The notes under the pieces: model-generated
The model's input: only the letters and a program-made list of their open reading frames with translations
The model's database searches: none
Told to the model about the DNA's origin: nothing
Translations under genes and position numbers: made by a program
Shown: positions 39,440 to 49,608 of the stretch, in pieces
How positions within the stretch are numbered: position 1 is the first letter of the stretch
Layout: every line of letters starts with the position of its first letter
Origin: an uncultured Bacteriovoracaceae bacterium
GTDB taxonomy: Bacteria > Bdellovibrionota > Bacteriovoracia > Bacteriovoracales > Bacteriovoracaceae
Reading direction: 5' to 3'
Length of the DNA: 64,000 nt
Assembly (NCBI GenBank): GCA_964012805.1
Contig: CAXGUD010000002.1
Location: forward strand, 64,001 to 128,000

Positions 39440-40597
39440 CTACTTAGGAGGACCCAAATAAGTGAAGGCCTTAGGAATAACGTGAGTATAAAAGTACACA
39501 TCTTCAAATTGTTCTTCACTTGCCTTTTTCAAAATTGCATTTAAAATTTCTTCAACTTTGTCAGGCGCTAAAGTTAATTGAATAATCTCTCTTTCGTTAC
39601 TCAGCTTAATAGAAGTATTACCCATCGTTTTTTCTTCACCCATTTGACGACCAAAGGCAACACTAGCACCAGGTGCTCCGGCATCAAGAGCGGCCCTGAT
39701 AAGAATATCACCCTCTCCACGGATGGCCACACAGGTGAGCCGGACTAAATTTTCCAAATAAGTACGATCAGCAACATTATTTGAATTGCTAATGCCTTCT
39801 CCTAGGTCTGCCTGACTTCTCCAATCCGTATTTCCCTTAATTTCATCAATCGCCTTAATAATCTGTGGTATGGAAACCCCATACAAACTATCAGAAGTAA
39901 AGCTCGTTAAACTGTTAAGACCTTTCGAGATCGGTATTGTATAAATAAAGCCTTCACCTGGAACATCAAGGCGCCCAACCTGAATCATGACTTCAAAAAT
40001 TCTTTCAGCTTCAAAGCGGTTTACAACAACGCTCATAAGCTCTTTTTCGGGGCTTATGCAAACTCTTACAATACCAAGACGATCCCTTAACCCTCTTCCA
40101 AAGCCATAAGAGATAGTAGGTCCTGCTCCTCCTGCGAGCATAACTTCTTTGGCAATTGCATTTGCCTTTTCAATTTGAACAATACAAATAATATGGACAA
40201 GGTCATCGCTAAAAGAAGCACTTGCGCTTGAAGAACTCGGCCCCTCTACCTTTTTTGTTACTTCCTCAGATTGACTTAAAAACATGGCCTCTTCACAAGG
40301 AAAAGAAAAAACGGCCCCAGCGCCAGAGCGGTGTAACTCTCCTTTATCTCTTATAGAATTAAGGACATGGTCTATATTTTCATTTGGAACTAAGAGCTCC
40401 ATTATTTCTTGTTCTGGATTTAAAGAAGGTAAAAATGCTTGATACCACTTGGGTCTCAACAATGCCCCTCTTGCCTTCATAACTGTGGCATCATGACAAT
40501 AGGATAGAAACTCTTCATCAGCTATATCACGACCTTTGTTTTTTCTGACAATGGCCTTGACAAGTGAAAAATTATCTTTTTTCTTTAGAGTATACAT
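39440..40597 (-). CDS. Protein with three tandem PII (GlnB)-like domains
   Basis: Three repeats of the PII pattern (PEQEIMELLV..GAGAVFSFP; GRG..PEKELMSVVV..PGEGFIYTIP; AALDAGAPGA..EREIIQLTL); GGAGG RBS before ATG 40597. Confidence 0.8.
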   Translation of the reverse strand: MYTLKKKDNFSLVKAIVRKNKGRDIADEEFLSYCHDATVMKARGALLRPKWYQAFLPSLNPEQEIMELLVPNENIDHVLNSIRDKGELHRSGAGAVFSFPCEEAMFLSQSEEVTKKVEGPSSSSASASFSDDLVHIICIVQIEKANAIAKEVMLAGGAGPTISYGFGRGLRDRLGIVRVCISPEKELMSVVVNRFEAERIFEVMIQVGRLDVPGEGFIYTIPISKGLNSLTSFTSDSLYGVSIPQIIKAIDEIKGNTDWRSQADLGEGISNSNNVADRTYLENLVRLTCVAIRGEGDILIRAALDAGAPGASVAFGRQMGEEKTMGNTSIKLSNEREIIQLTLAPDKVEEILNAILKKASEEQFEDVYFYTHVIPKAFTYLGPPK

Positions 40598-40601
40598 GCC
40601 C

Positions 40602-42491
40602 TTAGGCCTCCCCTGTCTTTTTCTTTTTAACCAAAAGACCAACTGTTAACACCGAAATAATAGGCATAACAGAGGCCAATGATAAAACACCAAAACCATC
40701 AGTAACACCTGGGATATTAGAACCAACTCCAAGCCCCATCGCCAAAACGAGGGGAACTGTAATCGGACCAGTCGTAACGCCTGCGCTATCCCAACCAAAG
40801 TTAACAAAATCTTCAGACGATATAATTGTAAGAATAATTAAAACCAAATAAGGTGGTATTAAAAGGTATTCAAGAGGAATGTTATAGGCAATTTTTAAAA
40901 TACCAAAAGCTATTCCCAATCCAACACCTGTTGCGACGGTATTCATTAATACAGATTTTTTAAAGGCCCCAACTGTTATTTTTTCAACAGTTGATCCAAG
41001 AGCGTTAAGTGCTGGTTCAGCAAGAGTTGCTCCAAAGCCAAGAAAAAAGGCAAAAATGGCGGCCAATACTTTTCCAGAATGACTTCCGAGTAAGGCAACC
41101 TTATAACCTTCTAGACCCCATGGAGTAATTGTCGTAAATGTTCCTGGTATATTACTTCCAAGCTGCCCTCCTAAAGGAGTCAAGCCTAATTCAATTCCTA
41201 AGACGAAAATCCACATTCCAACGACAGCAAAAGTAATCCCCATCAAAATTTCATCTGCTCTTGGGACTTTTTCTCTTAAAACAAGCCTTAAGACGAGGTA
41301 TAAAAAGATACATAAAGGAACAATGGCCTGAACGGCAGTGATAACACCCATTTTAATTTTATCGAGCATGACGACTTTTGGGTCCCAATGCTTTAAAGAC
41401 TTTAGATTAACGTTGTCTTGGTTTTGCTTTCCAAAAATAACGGTTGGGTTTTCGTGATAAATTTTTCCATCTTTTAAAACTCTTGCCCCACCTTTGTAAC
41501 CAACAACAAACTCTGGTCCTGGATAAACTCCACTTTCTTTAAAAGAAGACCACTCTTTGTCAGTAAACTCGGCCCCAATATTAGATTCTAAACCTGTACC
41601 TTTTTTACTGCTATCAGCTCCAACATTTTTTTCTTTTTTCACTTTATTTTTATAGTTAGGTCTTCCGTAAAAATCATCTTGCTGAAGATGATAGATACCT
41701 AGAAGAAAAACTGCAATAATAGGAAATAAAGAGGCCAGGGTCACAACACCAAACCCACCTCCTTCAGAACTTCCACTTGAAACAATCCGACAAACGCCAA
41801 TCCCTAAGGCCAAGACAAGGGGAACCGTAACAGGGCCTGTTGTCACAGCACCACAATCCCAAGCTAGTCCCATAATAGGAACAAGAAATTCATTAAAATG
41901 GGCCCAAACAGTGAGACCTGTTAAAACGAGAACTAAAGGAATAATTAAAACCTTAAGGGACCACCCGTAAAGGAATCTCATAACACCTAATAAAACAGCT
42001 ATACCTACTCCTAGGCCAACGCAAGCTACGAGTTGATTAGAAAAATCATTGAGTAAGCTATAAAGAAGTGGCGCCTCATCAGGCTTTACCCCAGCGCCCG
42101 CAGCTTTTAAAACAAAAATAGCTGGCTCTGCCAGAGTTGCCCCAATTCCCAATAAAACTGAGAAAATCATAATGACTGGCAATTTGGACTTTCTTGGAAG
42201 GACGGCCCCTATAATTTCTCCAAAAGGCATAAGACCTAGCTCCAAACCTTCCATAAAAAAGGTTAAGCCAAAAATAACAAGCCCTACACCAGCACTAATG
42301 GTTAATGAATAAACAATGGGAAGGTTTAAAACTAAAACTTGAAAAAGTATGAGGTAAAAGATGATGAACCAAACTGACTTTACTTGCTCAATAACTTTTT
42401 TTAAAAAGTAAGGAGTAATAATATTAAGAGTTTTTTTAAACCCCAACTTAACCTTACCAGATCCATAATCCTGGACATTTGAATCCGCCAT
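40602..42491 (-). CDS. Membrane protein with two fused DUF1538 domains
   Basis: Duplicated GATLAEPA / WDxxxVTTGPxTVPLVLA / GFGVxxLAS motifs separated by a ~110-aa hydrophilic linker. Confidence 0.88.
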   Translation of the reverse strand: MADSNVQDYGSGKVKLGFKKTLNIITPYFLKKVIEQVKSVWFIIFYLILFQVLVLNLPIVYSLTISAGVGLVIFGLTFFMEGLELGLMPFGEIIGAVLPRKSKLPVIMIFSVLLGIGATLAEPAIFVLKAAGAGVKPDEAPLLYSLLNDFSNQLVACVGLGVGIAVLLGVMRFLYGWSLKVLIIPLVLVLTGLTVWAHFNEFLVPIMGLAWDCGAVTTGPVTVPLVLALGIGVCRIVSSGSSEGGGFGVVTLASLFPIIAVFLLGIYHLQQDDFYGRPNYKNKVKKEKNVGADSSKKGTGLESNIGAEFTDKEWSSFKESGVYPGPEFVVGYKGGARVLKDGKIYHENPTVIFGKQNQDNVNLKSLKHWDPKVVMLDKIKMGVITAVQAIVPLCIFLYLVLRLVLREKVPRADEILMGITFAVVGMWIFVLGIELGLTPLGGQLGSNIPGTFTTITPWGLEGYKVALLGSHSGKVLAAIFAFFLGFGATLAEPALNALGSTVEKITVGAFKKSVLMNTVATGVGLGIAFGILKIAYNIPLEYLLIPPYLVLIILTIISSEDFVNFGWDSAGVTTGPITVPLVLAMGLGVGSNIPGVTDGFGVLSLASVMPIISVLTVGLLVKKKKTGEA

Positions 42492-42543
42492 AACTGGCCC
42501 CTCTAAAAAAATTAAATTTTTCTAACTCACTCCCTTTGTTCGG

Positions 42544-42595
42544 CAAAAAAAAAGCAAAACTAAAAAAATTGTTACACTTTTTTAGTTTCGCTTTT
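42544..42595 (-). terminator. Intrinsic terminator after the cytochrome c peroxidase gene
   Basis: Long AT-rich stem AAAAGCGAAACTAAAAAA/TTTTTTAGTTTTGCTTTT (G-U on the minus strand) followed by a T run. Confidence 0.65.
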
Positions 42596-42620
42596 ATCTT
42601 AAAAAAAATTTTATTAAAAT

Positions 42621-43901
42621 TTAGTCTTTTACAGGTAATCCACTAGGAACTGACTCAGGTATAAGGACCTCTCTTGGAAGAGGGTTTAAGTCAGTTAAGG
42701 CATAAAGAAATTCGATAAGGTATTCTTTTTCCTGATTGTTTAAATCAACTCTTGGAAGGTCGTGGCTTGTTAACATATTTTCTTTTACAAAAGTCATGTC
42801 AAAAACTGTGTGCCCTGGATCCTCGTCATCAAGGTAAAGAAAAGAATTAAAGTTAAAATTAAAGAGAGACTCTTCAGGATTTAAATGGTGGTCAATGACT
42901 TCTTCCAAGGTTTGAAAAATACCGTTATGACCCCAAGGTCCAGTTAAGACGACATTTCTTAAAGTTGGAGTTCTAAACTTATATCGGTCACTTATCTTTT
43001 TTGTCACAAGCTCTCTGCCAAAATCCTCTTTTCCACCGAGGCCCTTTTCTTTTCCAGGCCCAACAGGTGGAATGGCGAGATTATAAAACTTACCATCCGT
43101 TTGAAATTTACCCGTATGGCATTGTGAGCATTTTGCCTTCCCATAAAAAAGCTTCATACCCTTTTTAGCTTCAAAATTAAGGGCCGTCAGCTCCCCTTCT
43201 TTATAGCGGTCATAAGGAGAATCAACGGCCCTATAACCTTTATCTTCATAGTGAGCGAGGGCATTAGCAATATGCTGGATTCCCAAATCATTTTTAGATT
43301 TCACTGAGGGGTAGACCTCTTGAAAGAGGGACATATACCCATCAATATTTTTAACCCTATTAACAACGATATTCCACGCCTTAACCTTATCATCTTTTGC
43401 AGCGGCGTCAGCGATCTCATTGCTTCCCTTTTGACCGGCCATTTCAACTGCTGACAATAAAGGAAACAAGGCTTGAACGGAGAGGATGTCCTCAAGACCT
43501 TCTGGAAGACTATTTTTTGCAGGTGAAGCGATAAAACCGTTACTTCCAGCAACCTCTTCAATCCTTCCATCAAAAAAGATGGGGTAATCGTCCATAAGCC
43601 TTAAATTAAAAAGTGCCGGGGCATTTCTTGGGGCCCTTTTACCTTCACTTAAAGTTCTGTGCTCTCCTAACCCACTTCCTCCTTCACCAATAGAAAGAGC
43701 AACAGCATCACCACTCGCTAGGTCTGGGTGATGGCAAGTAGCACAAGAAATATTTTTATTTCCACTTAAAACCTTATCAAAAAAGAGCGCCCTTCCTAAT
43801 TCAAACTTAACATCTTTAAAGGCAGCGACTAAACTGGTGGCAAAAAATAAATTGGCCAAAGCGGCAAGTTTTAGAGTTAAAAGAAAAGATCTTTTCTTCA
43901 T
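42621..43901 (-). CDS. Diheme cytochrome c peroxidase/MauG family protein
   Basis: LGRALFFD, SCATCHHP, RNAPAL, FFDGR, CSQCHTG, FRTPTLRNV..GPWGHNG. Confidence 0.92.
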   Translation of the reverse strand: MKKRSFLLTLKLAALANLFFATSLVAAFKDVKFELGRALFFDKVLSGNKNISCATCHHPDLASGDAVALSIGEGGSGLGEHRTLSEGKRAPRNAPALFNLRLMDDYPIFFDGRIEEVAGSNGFIASPAKNSLPEGLEDILSVQALFPLLSAVEMAGQKGSNEIADAAAKDDKVKAWNIVVNRVKNIDGYMSLFQEVYPSVKSKNDLGIQHIANALAHYEDKGYRAVDSPYDRYKEGELTALNFEAKKGMKLFYGKAKCSQCHTGKFQTDGKFYNLAIPPVGPGKEKGLGGKEDFGRELVTKKISDRYKFRTPTLRNVVLTGPWGHNGIFQTLEEVIDHHLNPEESLFNFNFNSFLYLDDEDPGHTVFDMTFVKENMLTSHDLPRVDLNNQEKEYLIEFLYALTDLNPLPREVLIPESVPSGLPVKD

Positions 43902-44062
43902 TAAGACGACCCCTTATTTGAAATAAATTAAGTGTATAGGTAGTCATAAATTTGTTTGAGCACTAAAACAAGTTTTTTTTGAAGGCATTGTGAAATTTTT
44001 TATGACTTTCTGAGAATTTTTGTTGAGCTATAAAAAGGTAGTCGGTTAAGAAAGAAATTTAA

Positions 44063-46813
44063 TCAGCTTGCTTTGTCTGCGTTAGAAGAGCTAATCGAAC
44101 TAGGAAAGTGAATTAAAAACCCTGTCCCCTTATCTCTATTGTCTTCTATTTTTATTTGCCCTTCCATCCTTTCAATATTTTCTTTTACAACATTCATTCC
44201 AACCCCACGCCCTGATGTTTCAGAAACATTTTCTTTGGTTGAAAACTCGGGATGAAAAATATACGCAGCGATTTCTCCTGGCATCATGTTTTCAATGGAC
44301 TCACCAGTCGCTAGGCCCTTAAGCTCAATTTTTTTACGCACACGCTCTATATCAATTCCTGCTCCATCGTCTTCAATGTGGATATCGATCCCTTCCTTTC
44401 CTTCGCTAAGGCTGACCTGAATTTCACCAGATCTTTCAATTCCGTGGTCAACAGAATTAGTTAGAAGGTGGATAAAGGCCTCCTTTAAAAGAGAGATTTT
44501 TTCTTTTTCTAGATAAATATCTTCACCATAAACATTTAACCGGACTTCTTTTCCAAGACCGTTGGCGGTATTTAAAACAATGCCTTTTAGGCCTTGAATC
44601 ATCTTTTTAATATTAATGGCCTTTAATTTTTCCAGAATAGAAACAATGACTGAGTAATTTTTATTTTCAAGATTACTTGAAACGTCTTTTACAGCATTAT
44701 CAAGCCTTGATTGGCTGATTTCAAGGACTTCATCTTGGGCTTCATCACCTGTCCCGTCATTTATATTATAGACTTCTCCATACACTTCGGTCACTAGTTG
44801 AAGGGCCTCATTAATGGCTATTTTTAAAAGAGGCGTCTCTTCATCAGCAATCTCCCTAAAGTCTCGTTTCTCTGTTTTCCCTTCTTCTATAAAGAAGGCA
44901 CTTTCATAGCGGTGGATAATAGTTGAAAGAAAGTTTAATCCGTAAAGCCTTGATAGCCCCTTTAAAGTGTGGGCAGCCCTTAGAAACTCTTCTTTTTCAA
45001 CATAAGGGTCTTCCAAAACAGAAAGGAGTGGATAAGCTTCACTAAAAAAGGTCCGAAGGTTTGCTTTATCATTACTCACAATCATTTGAAGGCGCTCCAC
45101 CTTCTCCATATTTTTGGCCTTTTCTTTTTCAACTTCGGCTTCTAGTTTTTCAATTTCAGTGACGTCTTCCACGATAAAAACAATCTTTTCTAAAAGTTCG
45201 TCTTTATTATAAATAGGTGACATACTTAGCTTTAAACTTCTTTTCTCACCGTCTTTTACAATAAAAACTTTTTTAGGAAAGTCGTCTTTCACTAAAAGCC
45301 ACTGAACATAGTCTGCACCAAAAGTAATGGAAATTCCGAACTCGAAAAAACTCCTTCCAACATCAGTGGGGTCCGTGTCTCTAAAAAGCGTCTCCCAGAT
45401 TGTTTTTCCTTGAATATCGTCACCAAAAATATTAGTTGCAAACTTTGAAACTGGAGGAACGATATGATGCTCTTTATCTATGGCAAAAACAGCTTGCCCC
45501 ATATTATCAAGGAGAATTTCTGTTTTTTCTAAAGATGAGGCAAGCTCCTCGGTTCTTAGATCAACAATGTGGGTAAGGTTTTTGTTAAAATCACCAAGTT
45601 GCCTGGCATTCTCTTCAGCAGCTTCTTTTAATGTTTTAATCAGGTTTGAAAGACCTAGAGCAAAAAGAACCAATTGAATGATGACCCCTACCCATAAACC
45701 TTGAGTAAAAACAAAAATACTGGGAAGAAAACCTATCCCCTCAAAGAGTTTAAAAAAGGCACCAATTAAGAGGGAGGAAAAAGCAAAAGCGAGATACCTT
45801 GAGTTAGGTAATTTTTTTACATAAGCATAAATGCCCCAAAATACAATAATTCCAAGAGCAGGGGTAACAGTCGCAATCAAAAGGCGGATTGCATAATAAT
45901 AAGGAATAAAAAGAGGGCCAATTACATTAAAAACGCCAAACCCTAAGGCAATATAAAAGGATTTGGCCATTTTTGGCGCTGCCTTTTCAAGTTCAATAAA
46001 TCTATAAATGAAATGAGACAAACCAATCAGCATAATGCCGACAGAAACAATAATTCCCTCATTATTTAAAAAGGTGGAGTTTGGTGTTAGGTACTGCCCC
46101 CCAAAACCAGAGTGGCTAAGAATAAGCCCAATAAGTCCAACAATATAAATAGAATAAGGAAGGTATTGAACCATCCTTGTCGAAAAATAAATAACTATAT
46201 GATAAATTGTCATGATAAGGAGGATACCTACAACAAGGGCGTTGGTAATAGATTCCTCCACAATATTTTGATGATAAGCTTTTGGTGTGTAAAGGACTAA
46301 AGGAAGCTGCATGGCCGCAGAATTTTTAACTCTTATGTAATAAGTTGAGTCCTTCCCAGGCTTAAGCGGAAAGCTAAAAAAGTGATGAGGCGTTTTTTTC
46401 TCAGAAAAGGTCTTTTGATCTCCGGCCTCTTCCTTAATCCATTGACCTTCAATATTTTTATATAAAGTAACGTAATCAGTTCCAGCAAAAGAAAAAACAA
46501 GAAAATAAGAAGGTAGTGGGACTTGTTTTTGAGAAAGCTTAAAGCGGAGCCAGAAAGCTGATTTTGTAAATCGCTTGTTAGGAAAATCTGTTTTGGCCCT
46601 TATAAACTTTTCTTTGTGGTTTCCTTTTAAGATGTCATCAAAGGATAACTCGCCTAATTTGTCTTCAAGGATATCAAGGTGCTTCCCAAGCTTAATCTTC
46701 TCACTATGGCCCTTAGTTAAATCCAAGGCCATTAAATTAAACGAGTGTCCACAAAAGAAAATGATTCCTAAAAAAAGGCTTAAGAAAGTTTTGTGCATGA
46801 AATAATGTTTCAT
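44063..46813 (-). CDS. 7TM-DISM sensor fused to PAS-like, HPt and CheA-type kinase domains
   Basis: 7TMR-DISMED2-like ectodomain (SAFWLRF), ~7 TM helices, AAHTLKG HPt, HLLTNSVDHG, DDGAG, FSTK..SGRGVGM. Confidence 0.88.
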   Translation of the reverse strand: MKHYFMHKTFLSLFLGIIFFCGHSFNLMALDLTKGHSEKIKLGKHLDILEDKLGELSFDDILKGNHKEKFIRAKTDFPNKRFTKSAFWLRFKLSQKQVPLPSYFLVFSFAGTDYVTLYKNIEGQWIKEEAGDQKTFSEKKTPHHFFSFPLKPGKDSTYYIRVKNSAAMQLPLVLYTPKAYHQNIVEESITNALVVGILLIMTIYHIVIYFSTRMVQYLPYSIYIVGLIGLILSHSGFGGQYLTPNSTFLNNEGIIVSVGIMLIGLSHFIYRFIELEKAAPKMAKSFYIALGFGVFNVIGPLFIPYYYAIRLLIATVTPALGIIVFWGIYAYVKKLPNSRYLAFAFSSLLIGAFFKLFEGIGFLPSIFVFTQGLWVGVIIQLVLFALGLSNLIKTLKEAAEENARQLGDFNKNLTHIVDLRTEELASSLEKTEILLDNMGQAVFAIDKEHHIVPPVSKFATNIFGDDIQGKTIWETLFRDTDPTDVGRSFFEFGISITFGADYVQWLLVKDDFPKKVFIVKDGEKRSLKLSMSPIYNKDELLEKIVFIVEDVTEIEKLEAEVEKEKAKNMEKVERLQMIVSNDKANLRTFFSEAYPLLSVLEDPYVEKEEFLRAAHTLKGLSRLYGLNFLSTIIHRYESAFFIEEGKTEKRDFREIADEETPLLKIAINEALQLVTEVYGEVYNINDGTGDEAQDEVLEISQSRLDNAVKDVSSNLENKNYSVIVSILEKLKAINIKKMIQGLKGIVLNTANGLGKEVRLNVYGEDIYLEKEKISLLKEAFIHLLTNSVDHGIERSGEIQVSLSEGKEGIDIHIEDDGAGIDIERVRKKIELKGLATGESIENMMPGEIAAYIFHPEFSTKENVSETSGRGVGMNVVKENIERMEGQIKIEDNRDKGTGFLIHFPSSISSSNADKAS

Positions 46814-46898
46814 ACACTTTTTTTCGTCAAAAACCTATGAAATTTAAATATTCAACTTACTTTTTCAACCTATTCCCGCCATAAAAACTCGGATAGTG

Positions 46899-48002
46899 TT
46901 AAAGAGAAGTGGCCTTGATTGTTGCTACCCAAGTTTGTCCGCAGCTAAGCTTAAGAAAGTGAAAAGACTTTAAGGTCACTCTAGAATAAAGAGGCCAGGA
47001 AGAACTTCCTCCTAAAAGTTTAAGACCGACCAAAACGCTCATCTGATTAAGGGTTTTAACTTCAGTAATTTTAACTTTAAGGGCGTTTAAAAAGGTCGCC
47101 CTTTTTGGCTTTGACTCCATAAGGGCCACTTGATTGGATTCAATAAGAACCCTCACTTTTTGTCCTAACTCTTGATTAATTTGAGGACAAATAATGTTAA
47201 CTCCACCAATATCGACCACTGTCAGGGCATCTTCTTTTAAGTGGTTTTTAACAACTCCTTCTAAAACAGAACCAACCTCACCTCCCCCCATTTTTTCAAT
47301 AAGCGGTCCTTTAAAATCATTCATGGCCTCTAATAAACTTCCTAAGTATTTTATTGCTCCTTTTTCCATGTAAAAAACAAAGTCAGCAAGCCTTTTTAAT
47401 TCTTCAAAGGAGTGCGTAACCATAAGGATTGGGCCATGAAAAACCTGTTTTAATTCACCTATTAACTTCATCACTTCAAGTTTACTCTCCCTATCTAAAC
47501 CAGAAAGAGGCTCGTCCATAAATAAAACGTCGGGGGCCTGAAGGAGGGTTCTTGCGATAGCGACTTTTTGTTTTTCACCTCCAGAAAGAGTTTCAGTTTT
47601 CCTCTTTAATAGTTTTTCTAACTTGAACCAACGGATAATGAAATCATAAGAGAAGAGACTTTTTTCTTTTGAGCGCTTTAAACCAAAATTTAAATTTTCA
47701 TGAACATTTAAGTGAGGGAAAAGCCCTCCTCCTTGAAAAACGTATCCAATGTTTCTTTTGTGGAGAGGTATTGAGTTTTTTTGAGGGTTGTTAAGGCCTT
47801 CTCCAATATTAAAGCGCCCTACAACATCTTTTTCTAGCCCACTTAAAGAGCGGAGGAATGTGGTTTTCCCACTTCCCGAATCGCCAAAGAGGACAGAAAG
47901 CCCTCTTTTTGGAAGTTGAAAGTTATTTGCTTTTAAAGTAAAACTCTCCTTTTTTAAAAAAAGAGAACCTTCAAAAATTTCACCTGGTGGAAGAGGACTC
48001 AT
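46899..48002 (-). CDS. modC: Molybdate ABC transporter ATPase
   Basis: GDSGSGKTT, LSGGEKQ, MDEPLSGLD, C-terminal Mop/TOBE region. Confidence 0.88.
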   Translation of the reverse strand: MSPLPPGEIFEGSLFLKKESFTLKANNFQLPKRGLSVLFGDSGSGKTTFLRSLSGLEKDVVGRFNIGEGLNNPQKNSIPLHKRNIGYVFQGGGLFPHLNVHENLNFGLKRSKEKSLFSYDFIIRWFKLEKLLKRKTETLSGGEKQKVAIARTLLQAPDVLFMDEPLSGLDRESKLEVMKLIGELKQVFHGPILMVTHSFEELKRLADFVFYMEKGAIKYLGSLLEAMNDFKGPLIEKMGGGEVGSVLEGVVKNHLKEDALTVVDIGGVNIICPQINQELGQKVRVLIESNQVALMESKPKRATFLNALKVKITEVKTLNQMSVLVGLKLLGGSSSWPLYSRVTLKSFHFLKLSCGQTWVATIKATSL

Positions 48003-48691
48003 GACTCTCCCCCTTTAAGTAACTCCCAATTTCTATTTAATTTATAAACAAGTGCTAGAAGGACAAAGCTTAAAATGAGCATGATAAAAGAAATTTCATG
48101 GGCCTTTCCATACTCCATGGTTTCAACATAATCATAAATGGAAAGGGAGGCAAGTTGAGTCACCCCTGGTATATTTCCCCCAATCATTAATATAACACCA
48201 AACTCTCCCACGGTATGAGCAAAGCTTAAAGTAGAGGCCATAAGAAATTGCCTTCTGCACAGAGGAAGGGTTATAGAGAAAAAACGGTCTATAGGGCCTG
48301 CCCCTAAAAGAGTCGCGGCTTCAAGAGGTTCCCGCAATTTCGAGTCTGAAAAAGCACTGATTAAAGGAGTCAGGGCAAAGGGAAGGGAATAAAAAAAAGA
48401 GCCAACCACAAGACCTGTAAAAGTAAACGTTAAAGGAGCGATCCCTAAAAAGTCAGTCATCATTCCAAGAGGGCCTTCAGGGCCCATCGCCATTAATAGA
48501 TAAAAACCTAAAACGGTAGGCGGAAGAACTAAGGGAAGAGACACAAAGGCCTCTAAAAGGGCCCTTTTATTTCCCTTTCTCTTACTTATCCAAAAAGCAA
48601 AGGGAGTTCCTAAAAGAATTAAAAAAAAAGTGGTCACCAACGCCACTTTGAAAGTGAGGAGTAAAGTTGTCCATAGGCTAACCTCACTCAT
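47999..48691 (-). CDS. modB: Molybdate ABC transporter permease
   Basis: LPLVLPPTVLGFYLL, FAHTVGEFG, GGNIPG. Confidence 0.93.
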   Translation of the reverse strand: MSEVSLWTTLLLTFKVALVTTFFLILLGTPFAFWISKRKGNKRALLEAFVSLPLVLPPTVLGFYLLMAMGPEGPLGMMTDFLGIAPLTFTFTGLVVGSFFYSLPFALTPLISAFSDSKLREPLEAATLLGAGPIDRFFSITLPLCRRQFLMASTLSFAHTVGEFGVILMIGGNIPGVTQLASLSIYDYVETMEYGKAHEISFIMLILSFVLLALVYKLNRNWELLKGGES

Positions 48692-49479
48692 AATTGAGAC
48701 ACTTTCACTTCAGGAAGGCCATAGCCCATTCCACTAATAATAAACTTGGCCTTATTCGATTTTAAAAAGTTAAGAAATACTTTGACTTCTTTTCTCATCT
48801 TTCCTTTTAAAACAACACCAAACTGCTTAATGGGTTTGTATAGAGTTGGGTTCACCTCAGAAAAAGAACCAACCCTACTTCCCATCCTTCCATCTAAAAC
48901 AAAGCTGCGGGAAACAATTCCAAGGTCCGCATGACCCATAGAAACATATTGAAAAGCCTTCCCAATATTTTCCCCTTGAACCAACTTTCCTTGTGATTGA
49001 AGCTCTTCGAAGAGTCCATAGTTTTTTAAAACTTCGGCCCCTGCTTTTCCAAAAGGAGCTGTTTTAGGGTTAGCAATCGCAAAAAAGCGTAGACCAGAAG
49101 AGTCCTTTTTGAGTTCATTTAAATCAAGAGAAAGGGCGCTTCCCTTTTTTCTGACGATCACCAATTGGCCGATGGCGTAATTAAAAAGGCCATTAGGATG
49201 GATTAGACCATCTGCTTCTAACAACCTGGGCCTTTTCTCGTCTGCTGAAAGGAAAACATCAATGGGGGAACCTCTTTTAATTTGAGCATAAAGAAGACCT
49301 GTGGGCCCAGAAACAAGAGAAAGCCTGATGGGATGTTTTTTCTCAAACTGTTTTTTTAAAATTTTCATGGTGGCCAAAAAGTTTGAGCTCACACCCAAAT
49401 TTAGCCGCTCCCCGGAAAAGCTGGTGTTACAACAAAATAAAAGCGCAAGAAAAGGTAGAAAACGTCTTAGATGAAACAT
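48688..49479 (-). CDS. modA: Molybdate ABC transporter binding protein
   Basis: LYAQI..G.P.DVFLSAD, AIANPKTAPFG, GENIG, PIKQ. Confidence 0.92.
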   Translation of the reverse strand: MFHLRRFLPFLALLFCCNTSFSGERLNLGVSSNFLATMKILKKQFEKKHPIRLSLVSGPTGLLYAQIKRGSPIDVFLSADEKRPRLLEADGLIHPNGLFNYAIGQLVIVRKKGSALSLDLNELKKDSSGLRFFAIANPKTAPFGKAGAEVLKNYGLFEELQSQGKLVQGENIGKAFQYVSMGHADLGIVSRSFVLDGRMGSRVGSFSEVNPTLYKPIKQFGVVLKGKMRKEVKVFLNFLKSNKAKFIISGMGYGLPEVKVSQL

Positions 49480-49608
49480 CGTGAATACCTGGCGTTGGAC
49501 TTAAGAGGGAAATGGAAATTTGTAAATTTCTAGTAGGTAAAAGTCAAGGCGTTAAGAGAAAGAGCCTTGGGAAATGGCACGCTTTGAGAGAATGAAAAGA
49601 GAGGTTTT

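Noticed and set aside
49480..49608. Moco/Tuco riboswitch or ModE box upstream of modA
   Set aside because: No matching conserved elements seen; only a weak TTGACT-N17-TACAAA promoter-like string
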